DNA of 64,000 nt from Armatimonadota bacterium (GCA_016235455.1 JACRKZ010000057.1:24269-88268), one strand, 5' to 3'. Shown: positions 19,360 through 28,333, counted from the first letter of the stretch. Made by a program: numbers and translations. The notes: generated by a model not told the origin, from the sequence alone.

Positions 19360-19906
19360 CGGACTCTCCCGCGACGATCAGTTGGACAACCTGCGCCGGC
19401 GTGCGTTGGTCGACCACGACCACCTGGTCGGCCGCGGCCCGGTAGTAGGGCGTGCGCTCGGCCAGCAGTTCCTCGACGCGCCGCTGAACCGCGGCCGGCG
19501 TGCGTTCGGCCACATGGTCGTCGATCATCGGCCGGCCAGGGCCATCGGCGACAATGCGCCGCGCGGCCTCCTCGGCGCCGAGTGCCAACCAGACAATGCG
19601 CCCGCCGGCGCGTAGCGCGGCCACATTGGCCGGATCGCGCGCCACGCCACCGCCGCACGAGATGACCAGGCCTGTCTGGCCCGCAGCCTGCGCCACCGCG
19701 GCTTGCTCGCGGGCGCGGAAGCCCGTCTCGCCTTCCGCGGCGAAGATGTCGGGGATCGACCGGCCGGCCTGGTCGACGATGATCTGGTCGGTATCCACCA
19801 GCCGATAGCCCAGTCGCGCGGCCAGCAATTGCCCGACAGTGCTCTTGCCGGCGGCCATGAAGCCCACCAGCGCCACGTTGTCTCGGTCCGCCAAGCCTGC
19901 CTCCAT
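19346..19906 (-). CDS. aroK: Shikimate kinase
   Basis: LVGFMAAGKSTVG P-loop, DTD, GETGFRARE, SCGGG, RP motifs; AAGGAG SD. Confidence 0.95.
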   Translation of the reverse strand: MEAGLADRDNVALVGFMAAGKSTVGQLLAARLGYRLVDTDQIIVDQAGRSIPDIFAAEGETGFRAREQAAVAQAAGQTGLVISCGGGVARDPANVAALRAGGRIVWLALGAEEAARRIVADGPGRPMIDDHVAERTPAAVQRRVEELLAERTPYYRAAADQVVVVDQRTPAQVVQLIVAGESDAVV

Positions 19907-20083
19907 CCGCGCTCCTTGGCCGTGCCGGTCGCTTGACCTGCTTGCCTTTCTGCCCCGCGCGCGGTAGGATTCCGGAACCATACATCCCGCGCTAACGCTC
20001 GCCTGATCTGGGCACACTACTGTTATGCGACGGTGGGTCGTGGACACCAGAGTAGGTTGGGAGTCTCCGTGCGTCGACGCAAC

Positions 20084-21919
20084 ATGGCAGAGAAGATGGC
20101 CGGCACGACCAAGCCCGGTCCGCGTCGTGGCGAACCTCGGCCCGGCGCGGCGTCGGGCGCGTTGGCCCGCGCCATCAAGTTCCCCCTGTCCGGCCTCATC
20201 GGCCTGCCGCAGTTGGCCGCGCTGTATGCTGGCGCCGACGGCGACTCGGCGCTCGAAGTTGCCGAGAACACGCTCAACCGCCTCGAGTTCCTGGTGGCCG
20301 TCGATCCCGCCGAACTGGCGCAGATTCCCACCGAGGGGCCGGTGGTGGCCGTCGCCAACCATCCGCTGGGCGGGCCCGAGGGCTTGGCGCTGGCCATTCT
20401 GCTGGGCCGAGCCAGACCCGACGTCAAACTGTTCGGTAATTTCCTCCTGTCGGGCTTCACGCGGCTGCGCGACCTGTTCATCTTCGTTAACCCGTTCGAT
20501 ACGCCCAAGGCGCGGCATGAGAACGTGCGCGGCATGAAGGACGCGTTGCGCTGGCTGCGTGACGGGCATCTGCTGGGCGTCTTCCCCAGCGGCGAGGTGA
20601 GCCACCTCGATGTTCGCCAGCGGCACATCACCGATCCGGACTGGTCGTCCAACGTCGCCGGACTGGCCCGTCGCACCGGTGCCGTGGTGGTGCCGGTCTA
20701 CTTCTCGGGGGCCAATGGCGCGGTCTTCCAGATGGCCGGCCTGCTGCACCCGCGGCTGCGCACGGCGCTGCTGGCGCGCGAGATGATGGCCAAGCGCGAC
20801 CGCGTCTGCGACGTGCATATCGGCGCGCCGCTGCGCCCCGAGATGCTGGCCAGCTTCGCCAGCGACGAAGAGGCCATCGAGTACCTGCGGCTGCGCACCT
20901 ATGCGCTCGCCGGGCGGGAGTCGCGCCGCCGCCGGCGCAAGAAGCAGCACCGGCGCGCGCGGGCACTCCAGGCGCTGCAGCCGGTGGCGCCGCCCATGGC
21001 GCCGGAGAAGCTGGCGCAGGACGTGGCCGCCTTCCCGCCCGAGGCGCTGCTCAGTTCGTCGCGCGAACTATCGGTCTACTGCGTCGGCGCTCAGCACATG
21101 CCGCACCTGATGACCGAGCTCGGCCGGCTGCGCGAGGTCACGTTCCGCGGGGTGGGCGAGGGCACCGGCGAGCCGCTCGACCTCGACCCGTTCGACAAGA
21201 CCTATCGCCATCTGCTGCTCTGGAATCCGTCGTGCAACCTGCTGGTGGGTGGCTACCGGTTGGGTCTGACCGACGAACTACTGGCCCGATCGGGCAAGCG
21301 CGGGCTGTATGTCTCCACGCTGTTCGACCTGTCCGACGAGTTCCTCGAGCGGATGGGCCCGGCGGTGGAGCTCGGTCGCTCGTGGGTGCGGCCCGAGTGC
21401 CAGAAGCAGGTGGCGCCGATGGTCATGCTGTGGCAGGGCGTCGGCCACTTCGTGGCGCATGAACTGCGCTACCGCCGCATGTTCGGACCGGTGAGCGTGT
21501 CCAACTCGTATCGCCCGGCCAGCCGCGCGCTGATGATGAGCTTCCTGTCGCGGCCGCCCTACCTGTCGGACCTGGCGGCGCTGGCCAGGCCGCGCACGCC
21601 GTTCGACCCCAAGCGCTGGCTGTCGCCCGATGTGCGCAGCCGATTGGACTACCTGCGCACGGTGGAGGATCTCAACCACGTCGTGGCCGACATCGAGCCC
21701 GACGGCAAAGGCATCCCGCCGCTGCTGCGCCAGTACCTTAAGATGGGCGCCAAGGTCATCGGGTTCAATCTCGATCCCGAGTTCGGCAACTGCCTCGACG
21801 GCCTGTGCGTGTTTGACGCGGCGCAGGTCGATCGGCGAGCCGTGCGGCGCTATGTGTCCGAGGAGGAAGTGGACCGCTTCAAAGACGTCCACGGCACTGC
21901 GGAGGCACCCACGCAATAG
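20084..21919 (+). CDS. Bifunctional PlsC-type O-acyltransferase / GNAT N-acyltransferase (OlsF-like, often annotated hemolysin)
   Basis: N-terminal VANHPLGGPEG and FPSGEVS; C-terminal LGRLREVTFRGVGEGTG, DLDPFD, GGYRLG, ELGRSWV, IPPLLRQYLK, FNLDPEFG. Confidence 0.88.
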   Translation: MAEKMAGTTKPGPRRGEPRPGAASGALARAIKFPLSGLIGLPQLAALYAGADGDSALEVAENTLNRLEFLVAVDPAELAQIPTEGPVVAVANHPLGGPEGLALAILLGRARPDVKLFGNFLLSGFTRLRDLFIFVNPFDTPKARHENVRGMKDALRWLRDGHLLGVFPSGEVSHLDVRQRHITDPDWSSNVAGLARRTGAVVVPVYFSGANGAVFQMAGLLHPRLRTALLAREMMAKRDRVCDVHIGAPLRPEMLASFASDEEAIEYLRLRTYALAGRESRRRRRKKQHRRARALQALQPVAPPMAPEKLAQDVAAFPPEALLSSSRELSVYCVGAQHMPHLMTELGRLREVTFRGVGEGTGEPLDLDPFDKTYRHLLLWNPSCNLLVGGYRLGLTDELLARSGKRGLYVSTLFDLSDEFLERMGPAVELGRSWVRPECQKQVAPMVMLWQGVGHFVAHELRYRRMFGPVSVSNSYRPASRALMMSFLSRPPYLSDLAALARPRTPFDPKRWLSPDVRSRLDYLRTVEDLNHVVADIEPDGKGIPPLLRQYLKMGAKVIGFNLDPEFGNCLDGLCVFDAAQVDRRAVRRYVSEEEVDRFKDVHGTAEAPTQ

Positions 21920-21932
21920 AAGGAGACCGTTG

Positions 21933-22532
21933 ATGCCCCAAGTGCCCGGTGGCCCGTTCCTGTTCCTGCGCAAGTTCCTCCAGCACGGTACCCGCGTGGC
22001 CTCGGTGCGCGAGTCGAGCCGCGCCCTGGCCGGCGAGGTGTGCCGCTTCGTGACGCCCGACCAGCCACAGGTCATTCTCGAACTCGGCGCCGGCACGGGC
22101 GCCGTCACCGCCGCCGCCCAGAGCAAGCTGCACCCCGACAGCCGCCTGATTGCCGTCGAGTTGGACTCCGACTTCGCCGCCATCCTGGCCCAACGCTGCC
22201 CGCGGGCCGAGGTGGTCTGCGGCGACGTGGCCGAGCTGGACAAGCGCCTGCCCGACCTGGGCATCGACCGCTTTGACCTGGTGCTCTCGGGCCTGCCCAC
22301 GCCGAGCCTGCCCAAGGCGGTCAACCGCGCCGTGTTCGAGACCATCGAACGCGTCGCCGCCGACGCCTGCTTCAGCCAGCTCACGCTCATGCCGTGGTAC
22401 TTCTGGAAGCTCTACCGAGGGCTGTATGAACAGGTGGATTTCAACCTCGTGCTGGCCAGTCTGCCGCCGGGCGGGGTCTATCATGGCCGCCGCCTGCGCG
22501 CTGATTGGCGCGACCACGTGCCCGGCAAGTAG
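21933..22532 (+). CDS. Lipid N-methyltransferase, PmtA/OlsG-like class I SAM MTase
   Basis: FLRKFLQHGTRVASV..SSRALA, LELGAGTGAVT, VELD, GD, VLSGLP, LPPGGVY; AAGGAG SD. Confidence 0.85.
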   Translation: MPQVPGGPFLFLRKFLQHGTRVASVRESSRALAGEVCRFVTPDQPQVILELGAGTGAVTAAAQSKLHPDSRLIAVELDSDFAAILAQRCPRAEVVCGDVAELDKRLPDLGIDRFDLVLSGLPTPSLPKAVNRAVFETIERVAADACFSQLTLMPWYFWKLYRGLYEQVDFNLVLASLPPGGVYHGRRLRADWRDHVPGK

Positions 22533-22542
22533 GGGCGCCGCC

Positions 22543-24468
22543 GTGGAGCCGTTCGTCAACAGCGTCGGCCTGAAGCTGGTGCCCATCGCCGCCGGCAGCT
22601 TCATCATGGGTGCCGAGCGCGGCGAGTTCGACGAGCGGCCCATCCACGACGTGACCTTGACCCGGCCGTTCTACCTGGCGGCCACGCCGGTCACCAACGC
22701 GCAGTATGAGCTGTTCGACCCCGAGCACCGGCGTTACCGCGGCCGGCACGGGTTGGCGCGCGATGACGACGAGGCGGTGCTGTTCGTCTCCTGGCGGGAT
22801 GCCACAGCCTATTGCCGCTGGCTCTCGGAGCGTGAAGGCAAACCCTATCGCCTGCCCACCGAGGCCGAGTGGGAGTATGCCTGTCGCGCGGAGACCACCA
22901 CTCGCTACTGGACCGGCCCTGACCTGCCCGCCGAGTACCGTCGCGCCCAGGAGTTCGACTGGTTCCCGCGACCGGTGTCGCTGCATGTCGGCGAGACGCC
23001 GGCCAACCCGTGGGGCTTGCACGACGTCCACGGCCTGGTCGAAGAGTGGTGTCTCGACGGCTACGGTCCCTATGAGCCCGGCCCGGCCACCGACCCGGTC
23101 GGCCGCGACTCGGAGATGCGCGTGACGCGCGGCGGTAGCCACAACAGCGAGCTCGAGTTCCTGCGCTCGGCTAATCGCGGCGGCGCGCTGCCCGACGACC
23201 GCAGCTGGCTGATCGGCTTCCGCGTGGCGCAGGCCGACAGCCCGACCACGCAGCCGCTGCCAGCGGCGCCTGTGGGGCGCTGGGGGCAGGAGGTCAGGCA
23301 GGAGACGGTAGTCTGGCCCGAACCCAGCGACCGGCCGCTGTGGCAGGCGCCCAGGAGCTTTGTGCACATCGCGCCCGACGCCGACGGTCCGCTCTATGCC
23401 AGGCACAACCATTGTCCGGCGATCACCTGGTGCCCCAACGGCGACCTGCTGGCCGCCTGGTTCTCGTGCCGCACCGAGCGCGGCCGCGAGATGACCATCG
23501 CCGCCAGTCGTCTGCGCTGGGGCGCGAGCGAGTGGGACGCGGCCGACGAGTTCTTCAAGGCGCCGGACCGCAACATGACCGGCACCGCGCTGTGGCATGA
23601 CGGGGCTGGCCGCATCCTGCATTTCAACGGCATCGAGGCCGGCCACGGCTGGGCCACGCTGGCGCTGGCACTCCGCACCAGCGCCGACAACGGCGCCACG
23701 TGGCAGACGCGGTACATCGACGCCGAGCATCAGCCGCACAATCAGGTCATCGCCAACCTCGTACGGACCCGCGCCGGTCGGCTCATTCTGGCTTGCGACG
23801 CGGTCTACGGCGGCAATGGCGGCACGGCCATCCACCTCTCGGATGACGACGGCGCCACCTGGCGCGACCCCAGCCACGGCAAGCCGCCGCCCAAGTTCGT
23901 CGCTGGCGGCAAGGGCGCCTGGATCGCGGGCATCCATGGCGCGCTGGTGGAGTTGGCCGACGGCAGCTACCTGGCCTATGGGCGTGGCGACAGCATTGAC
24001 GGTCATATGCCGCTCAGCCGCTCGACGGATGGCGGCGAGACCTGGACCTACGAGGCCAGCGACTGGCCCGCCATCTCCGGCGGCCAACGGCTGGTGCTGC
24101 GGCGGCTGAACGAGGGCCCGTTGTTGTTCTGCTCGTTCACCGATGCCAGCGGCGTCAAGGAGCCGCGTGGTCTGGCGGTGGTCGACGCGGCCGGTTGCGA
24201 ACGCAGAGTCTACGGCCTGTTCGCCGCGCTGTCGTTCGACGACGGCAAGACCTGGCCGGTGGTCAAGGGCCTGACACCCGGTGCCGGCAGCGGACCGCTC
24301 AATGGCGGTGCCTGGACCGGCGAGTTCCAGCCCGATGCCACGCACGCCGAGCCGCGCGGCTACCTGGCCTGTACGCAGACCCCGGACGGCGCGATCAACC
24401 TCGTGTCGAGTGCGCTGCACTACCGCTTCAACCTGGCCTGGCTGCGGCAGCCCATGGCAGCGCAGTAG
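22543..24468 (+). CDS. FGE/SUMF1-like domain fused to a BNR (Asp-box) sialidase-like propeller
   Basis: VTNAQY, RLPTEAEWEYACRA, NPWGLHDVHGLVEEW, RGGS, GFRV; four Asp boxes SADNGATW, SDDDGATW, STDGGETW, SFDDGKTW. Confidence 0.88.
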   Translation: MEPFVNSVGLKLVPIAAGSFIMGAERGEFDERPIHDVTLTRPFYLAATPVTNAQYELFDPEHRRYRGRHGLARDDDEAVLFVSWRDATAYCRWLSEREGKPYRLPTEAEWEYACRAETTTRYWTGPDLPAEYRRAQEFDWFPRPVSLHVGETPANPWGLHDVHGLVEEWCLDGYGPYEPGPATDPVGRDSEMRVTRGGSHNSELEFLRSANRGGALPDDRSWLIGFRVAQADSPTTQPLPAAPVGRWGQEVRQETVVWPEPSDRPLWQAPRSFVHIAPDADGPLYARHNHCPAITWCPNGDLLAAWFSCRTERGREMTIAASRLRWGASEWDAADEFFKAPDRNMTGTALWHDGAGRILHFNGIEAGHGWATLALALRTSADNGATWQTRYIDAEHQPHNQVIANLVRTRAGRLILACDAVYGGNGGTAIHLSDDDGATWRDPSHGKPPPKFVAGGKGAWIAGIHGALVELADGSYLAYGRGDSIDGHMPLSRSTDGGETWTYEASDWPAISGGQRLVLRRLNEGPLLFCSFTDASGVKEPRGLAVVDAAGCERRVYGLFAALSFDDGKTWPVVKGLTPGAGSGPLNGGAWTGEFQPDATHAEPRGYLACTQTPDGAINLVSSALHYRFNLAWLRQPMAAQ

Positions 24469-24489
24469 GCTCGGGAAGGTCCTTTCGCG

Positions 24490-24543
24490 GCAGATCCACA
24501 GACTGCGAGTCTTGTCATCTACGCAATCTGCGTGATCTATGGA
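24490..24543. repeat. Degenerate 9-nt-period palindromic repeat, third copy
   Basis: GCAGATCCACAGAC ... ATCTACGCA-ATCTGCGTG-ATCTATGGA between convergent genes. Confidence 0.55.
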
Positions 24544-24553
24544 CCCCAAGACG

Positions 24554-25210
24554 CTACTCGACGGCGTCGACATCCGCCGGCTGGAAGCGGCTCGGCGCAA
24601 TGAGCAGGGCCATCGGCGTGCCGGCCGGCACGCGCACGGTGTGGCGGTCGAAGGGCTCGGGCGTGCTGATGGCGACGGGCTCGCCGTCGACCGGGTCGAA
24701 CCAGTGGATGGACTGGCCTGAGGCCACCGCCACCTGCACATCGCCACCCTCGGCACTGAAGGCCGCGATCAGTTCGCCCGCCTGAGCCAGACGCCACTCG
24801 CCCTGGTCGGGCAGCGGCTGCCAGGGTAGTTCGGCATCGGCCACGGCCAGCAGCATGGCCAGCGGTAGCACCACGTCGAACTCGCCCAGCACGAAGCGCT
24901 CTCCGGCCAATGCGGCGACGAAGGCGTCGGCACTGGTGGTCGCGGTGACATGGCGGTCGGAGCTGCCCACCAGGTGCGGCGCGTCGCTCAGCAGGGCGGG
25001 CGGCACGACGGCCACCAAGCCCGCCCGGCGCGCGGCATCGGCGGCAGCCTCGTGGTCGCAGACAATGCCGGTGAGACCAAGCGCGGCCCAGTCGCGCGCC
25101 ATGGCCCGCACCTTGGCCGTGGGCACGTCTGCCGGCCACTGAGCGGCCACGAGCACCACCGGGCGTTCGCCTTGCTGGGGCAGACCCTCGACCATGCGAA
25201 TCGGCGTCAT
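24554..25210 (-). CDS. Hypothetical protein
   Basis: Directly abuts the TPM gene; C-terminal WFDPVDG beta-sandwich-like motif. Confidence 0.65.
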   Translation of the reverse strand: MTPIRMVEGLPQQGERPVVLVAAQWPADVPTAKVRAMARDWAALGLTGIVCDHEAAADAARRAGLVAVVPPALLSDAPHLVGSSDRHVTATTSADAFVAALAGERFVLGEFDVVLPLAMLLAVADAELPWQPLPDQGEWRLAQAGELIAAFSAEGGDVQVAVASGQSIHWFDPVDGEPVAISTPEPFDRHTVRVPAGTPMALLIAPSRFQPADVDAVE

Positions 25211-26062
25211 CTAGAACCCTCCACGTCGCTGGGGCCGCAAGGAGCAGCCGAAGCCTCCACAGCGTACCACGACACCGCGGATAGCTCGGCTGACCACGGG
25301 CTCGGCGCGGGCAATCCACACCGGCACCAGCGCCATCGGGGCGCTGATGACCAACAGCAGGGGCTCGAAGCGGAGAGTCAAGTAGAGTCCGCCGTAGAGC
25401 ATCAGCAGTGGCACCAGGTAGGCCAGTGCCGTGCGGCCGCCCGCGCGCGCGCCGAGGATGAGCAAGAAGAGCAACGTGGGTAGGCCGACCCACCATCCCG
25501 GATGCCGCCACAGTGGCGGCGCGGGCGGTGGCGGCAGTCGGGTGACCTTGACGGCCAAGGCCCGGGGCTCGGGCAACGCGGCCTGCAACTGGGCCGCCAG
25601 AAAGACGAGCGCCTCGGCCACCGCCAGTCTGGCGTTGTTGACGTGCGGCGATAGCGCCGGCTTGACGCGCTGGTCGAGCAGTTGCGTTCGCACCGCGTCG
25701 GGCAGGCTTTCAGTCAGGCTGGGGCTCAGGGCCAGGTCGGCGGCGCGGGTTTCGAAGGTGATCTGCAGCACCGCCGCCTGGGCATCGCGGGCGGCACCGG
25801 CCCACTGCTTCAGCAGCGTGTCGGCGGTGCGCGGGCTGCCGGCCTTGGGCTCGACGACGACCAGCAGCTTGGCCGACCGCTCCCGACTGAGCTGCTCGCA
25901 GGCGGCCGTCAGCTTCTTGGCCTGCTCGGCGGGCAGCAGTTGGCCTGGGTCGACCAGTCCGCCCGCGGCGGGCAAGTCCAACGGCGCATCGGCGGCCTGG
26001 GCGGGGGTCAGCGCCAGCATCACCGTCGCGAGGAGCCCGATCCAGCAACGTCGGCCGCTCAT
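25211..26062 (-). CDS. TPM-domain membrane protein
   Basis: Signal peptide; VDPGQLL...LLVVV TPM-like core; C-terminal TM helices and GGF tail. Confidence 0.65.
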   Translation of the reverse strand: MSGRRCWIGLLATVMLALTPAQAADAPLDLPAAGGLVDPGQLLPAEQAKKLTAACEQLSRERSAKLLVVVEPKAGSPRTADTLLKQWAGAARDAQAAVLQITFETRAADLALSPSLTESLPDAVRTQLLDQRVKPALSPHVNNARLAVAEALVFLAAQLQAALPEPRALAVKVTRLPPPPAPPLWRHPGWWVGLPTLLFLLILGARAGGRTALAYLVPLLMLYGGLYLTLRFEPLLLVISAPMALVPVWIARAEPVVSRAIRGVVVRCGGFGCSLRPQRRGGF

Positions 26063-27045
26063 TGCGGTGCCTCGTCGCCAGCCTCGGCCGCAGCCTCCGG
26101 CTCGGCTGCGGGGGCCGCCTCCGGTTCTGGGGCTGGCTCGGACGTTGGCTCGGGCGTGGGCGCCGATTCCGGTTCCGGCGTTGGCTCCGGCGCGGGGGCC
26201 GGCTCCGGCGTTGCTTCTGGCTCTGGGTCGCCTTGCGGCGTGGGCGCCGGCTCGGCGGGCGGCTCTTCCTTCGCCTTGCCCTTGGTGCGGCGCGACTTGG
26301 GTTTGGCGGGCTCGGCCGGCGGGGCCATCAAGGCGGCTGTCCGGGCCAGCGCGGCCTGCATCACGGCCATGAGCAGCGCCAGCCGGGCTTCGGCCTGGGC
26401 CGCGGTGAGGCGGGCCTGGCCGCGAGCCAGATCGAGGATTTGGGTCAGGTCGTCGGGTGCGATGCCCAAGGGCTCCGGCCAGGACTCGGGCCGCGCCGAC
26501 GGCGGGAGGCCCGCCAGCCGGGTCAGGCCGCGCAGTGTGTGCAGCAGGCTGGCCGCGTGCCCCACGAGCAGCCCGGGCAGGCGCTTGGGCTGGGCCGCGG
26601 CGGCCAGGCCGTCGGCGCGCAGTTGGGCGAGCTTGTCGCGCAGTTCCAGGCGCACTTGCGTGGCGATGGCCGGCCGCTCGGCGCTGCCTTCGGCCAGGAT
26701 GTCGCGACCGGCGATGAGCAGGTGGGCATCCTTGATGTCGAGCAGAGTCAGCGGTGTGACGGCCAGCAGATCGGGCACTTCCTCCTCGCCGATGACCGCC
26801 AGCGTGACCGGCGGTTTGACCACCGCGGCCACGGCGCGCAGGTCGCCCGCCTCGACGTGGTCGAGCACGGCCAGGATGTTGAGATCGGACACGCCCGGCC
26901 GGTAGCCGCCGCGCAGCGCGCTGCCATAAGCGTAGACGGAAACCAGGCGCCAGCCCAGCGCACGGCCGAGCGCGGCGGCCAGCCGGCCGGCTGGCTCGGC
27001 CAAACCTGGCGGAAGACTGCCCACAGTGTCCTCTGCTTGCGACAT
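26059..27045 (-). CDS. Pol-beta superfamily nucleotidyltransferase-domain protein with a PE/PA-rich tail
   Basis: SVYAYGSALRGGYRPGVSDLNILAVL; (PE/AP)n C-terminus; AAGGAG SD. Confidence 0.75.
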   Translation of the reverse strand: MSQAEDTVGSLPPGLAEPAGRLAAALGRALGWRLVSVYAYGSALRGGYRPGVSDLNILAVLDHVEAGDLRAVAAVVKPPVTLAVIGEEEVPDLLAVTPLTLLDIKDAHLLIAGRDILAEGSAERPAIATQVRLELRDKLAQLRADGLAAAAQPKRLPGLLVGHAASLLHTLRGLTRLAGLPPSARPESWPEPLGIAPDDLTQILDLARGQARLTAAQAEARLALLMAVMQAALARTAALMAPPAEPAKPKSRRTKGKAKEEPPAEPAPTPQGDPEPEATPEPAPAPEPTPEPESAPTPEPTSEPAPEPEAAPAAEPEAAAEAGDEAPQ

Positions 27046-27102
27046 GACGGCTCCTTGGTGCAGGTGGGGCGCATCCTATCGGAACGCGAGGGCGCGGTCA
27101 AG

Positions 27103-27130
27103 TTGACAGGCACCGACACGCCACTAGAAT
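27103..27130 (+). promoter_or_regulatory. Sigma70 promoter giving a probable leaderless queF mRNA
   Basis: TTGACA-N16-TAGAAT, then ATG after 6 nt; no SD. Confidence 0.7.
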
Positions 27131-27136
27131 CGTGCC

Positions 27137-27490
27137 ATGTCTACTCAACCAAGCAAGCAACTCGAAATCGTGCCGAACCCCAAACCCGAGCGCGACTATG
27201 TCATCAGCATTGAATGCCCCGAGTTCACCTGCGTCTGTCCCAAGACCGGCCAGCCCGATTTTGCGACGATCAGGGTAGAATACACCCCCGACCAGGGCAT
27301 CATCGAACTCAAGAGCATGAAGCTCTACTTCTGGAGCTACCGCGAGACCGGCACCTTCCACGAAGCCGTGACCAACCAGATCCTGGACGACTTCGTGGCC
27401 GCGTGCCAGCCGCGGTGGATGAAGGTGGTCGGCGACTTCAACGTGCGTGGCGGCATTCACACGGTGGTCACCGCGGAGTACCGGGCGTAA
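27137..27490 (+). CDS. queF: 7-cyano-7-deazaguanine reductase, type I
   Basis: [39 protein letters not shown]. Confidence 0.96.
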   Translation: MSTQPSKQLEIVPNPKPERDYVISIECPEFTCVCPKTGQPDFATIRVEYTPDQGIIELKSMKLYFWSYRETGTFHEAVTNQILDDFVAACQPRWMKVVGDFNVRGGIHTVVTAEYRA

Positions 27491-27527
27491 GTCGACCACG
27501 CCGCAGGCTTGGGCCAGAGGGGGGCGC

Positions 27528-27953
27528 ATGTCCGTGATTCGCGTCCGCGCCAAGGGCACGGGTCGGGTAGTCCGATGGTCCGCGCTGCGGCGAGGTGAAC
27601 TGGTCGACGGCTCAAAGTGGCTGCGCCTGACCACGGTCCTGCCGGACGTCGTGACCGACGTGCTCGACTTCACAGAGAGGCTGGATGCACAGCGCCGCGT
27701 CACGGTCGTGGTGGTCAACAACATGGTCCGGGGTTCCCTCGACCTGGCCATCTCGGGTCAGGGGTTTGAGGTCACCTGCGGTCGCCGGCTGGTGCGCGGA
27801 TGGTTCCCTCTGAACCCGCTGGCGTTCGAGTTCGGCGCCAACTTCGATGTCGTAGTCACCATCAACGCTGACGAGGCCATCGAAGCCTCGCTGATCGACC
27901 ACCTGTTTGGTGACTACGAATGCAATTCGGGTGTGACGGCACCGTTAGGCTGA
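27528..27953 (+). CDS. Hypothetical protein
   Basis: AGAGGGG SD and coding-like codon usage; no motif recognised. Confidence 0.6.
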   Translation: MSVIRVRAKGTGRVVRWSALRRGELVDGSKWLRLTTVLPDVVTDVLDFTERLDAQRRVTVVVVNNMVRGSLDLAISGQGFEVTCGRRLVRGWFPLNPLAFEFGANFDVVVTINADEAIEASLIDHLFGDYECNSGVTAPLG

Positions 27954-27979
27954 CCCAACGCGACCGCCGCGACTGTGAC

Positions 27980-28152
27980 TAACAACCTGTTCCGCACCCG
28001 CCATGGCAGATCCTGCCGGCATTCTGTGGCCTCTGTGCGCTCCGTGGTCAGTAAAGCAATGTCAACCACAGAGCGCGCAGAGGCCAGAGAGCAAGATGGC
28101 AGTCAGCAGAGGTTTCCATCTGCGTCATCTTGGGGTGCGGAACATGCTGAAA
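27980..28152. mobile_element. Putative MITE-like element with terminal inverted repeats and an internal 9-nt-period palindrome
   Basis: 12-bp perfect IR TGTTCCGCACCC (27988-27999) / GGGTGCGGAACA (28133-28144), extending to 16/20; inner 26-bp IR 28023-28048 / 28065-28090 with 3 mismatches. Confidence 0.55.
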
Positions 28153-28206
28153 GAGAATCGTTGGCGCGCGCCAGATGATTCTAGGGGAGTAGGGGGAAGG
28201 CGGAAA

Positions 28207-28291
28207 TGCCCAGGGTGGGAGTCGAACCCACACGACCGTAATGGCCACTGGATCCTGAATCCAGCGCGTCTACCGATTCCGCCACCTGGGC
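28207..28291 (-). tRNA. tRNA-Leu(CAG), CCA not encoded
   Basis: Reverse complement GCCCAGG TGGCGGAATCGGTAGACGC G CTGGA TT CAG GA TCCAG, long variable arm, GTGGG TTCGACT CCCAC CCTGGGC A. Confidence 0.97.
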
Positions 28292-28304
28292 AAGCAACGC
28301 TGTG

Positions 28305-28333
28305 AATATAGCCGAGCCCCGCGTTCTCGTCAA
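28305..28333 (-). promoter_or_regulatory. Sigma70-type promoter for tRNA-Leu
   Basis: TTGACG-N17-TATATT on the minus strand. Confidence 0.65.

Noticed and set aside
19907-20950. Extended 534-aa version of aroK, and similar 5' extensions of other track ORFs
   Set aside because: The extensions overlap real genes; SD sequences and homology motifs support the shorter starts used here.
26085-26260. GGCTCCGG/GGCTCG-type tandem repeats (similar ones at 29340-29470)
   Set aside because: Explained by Pro/Glu/Ala low-complexity protein linkers.
27046-27136. preQ1 riboswitch upstream of queF
   Set aside because: No aptamer stem or A-rich tail, and the promoter sits directly against the ATG.
11770-28152. 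CRISPR interpretation of the periodic repeats
   Set aside because: Copies are dispersed, with no repeat-spacer array and no cas genes in the window.
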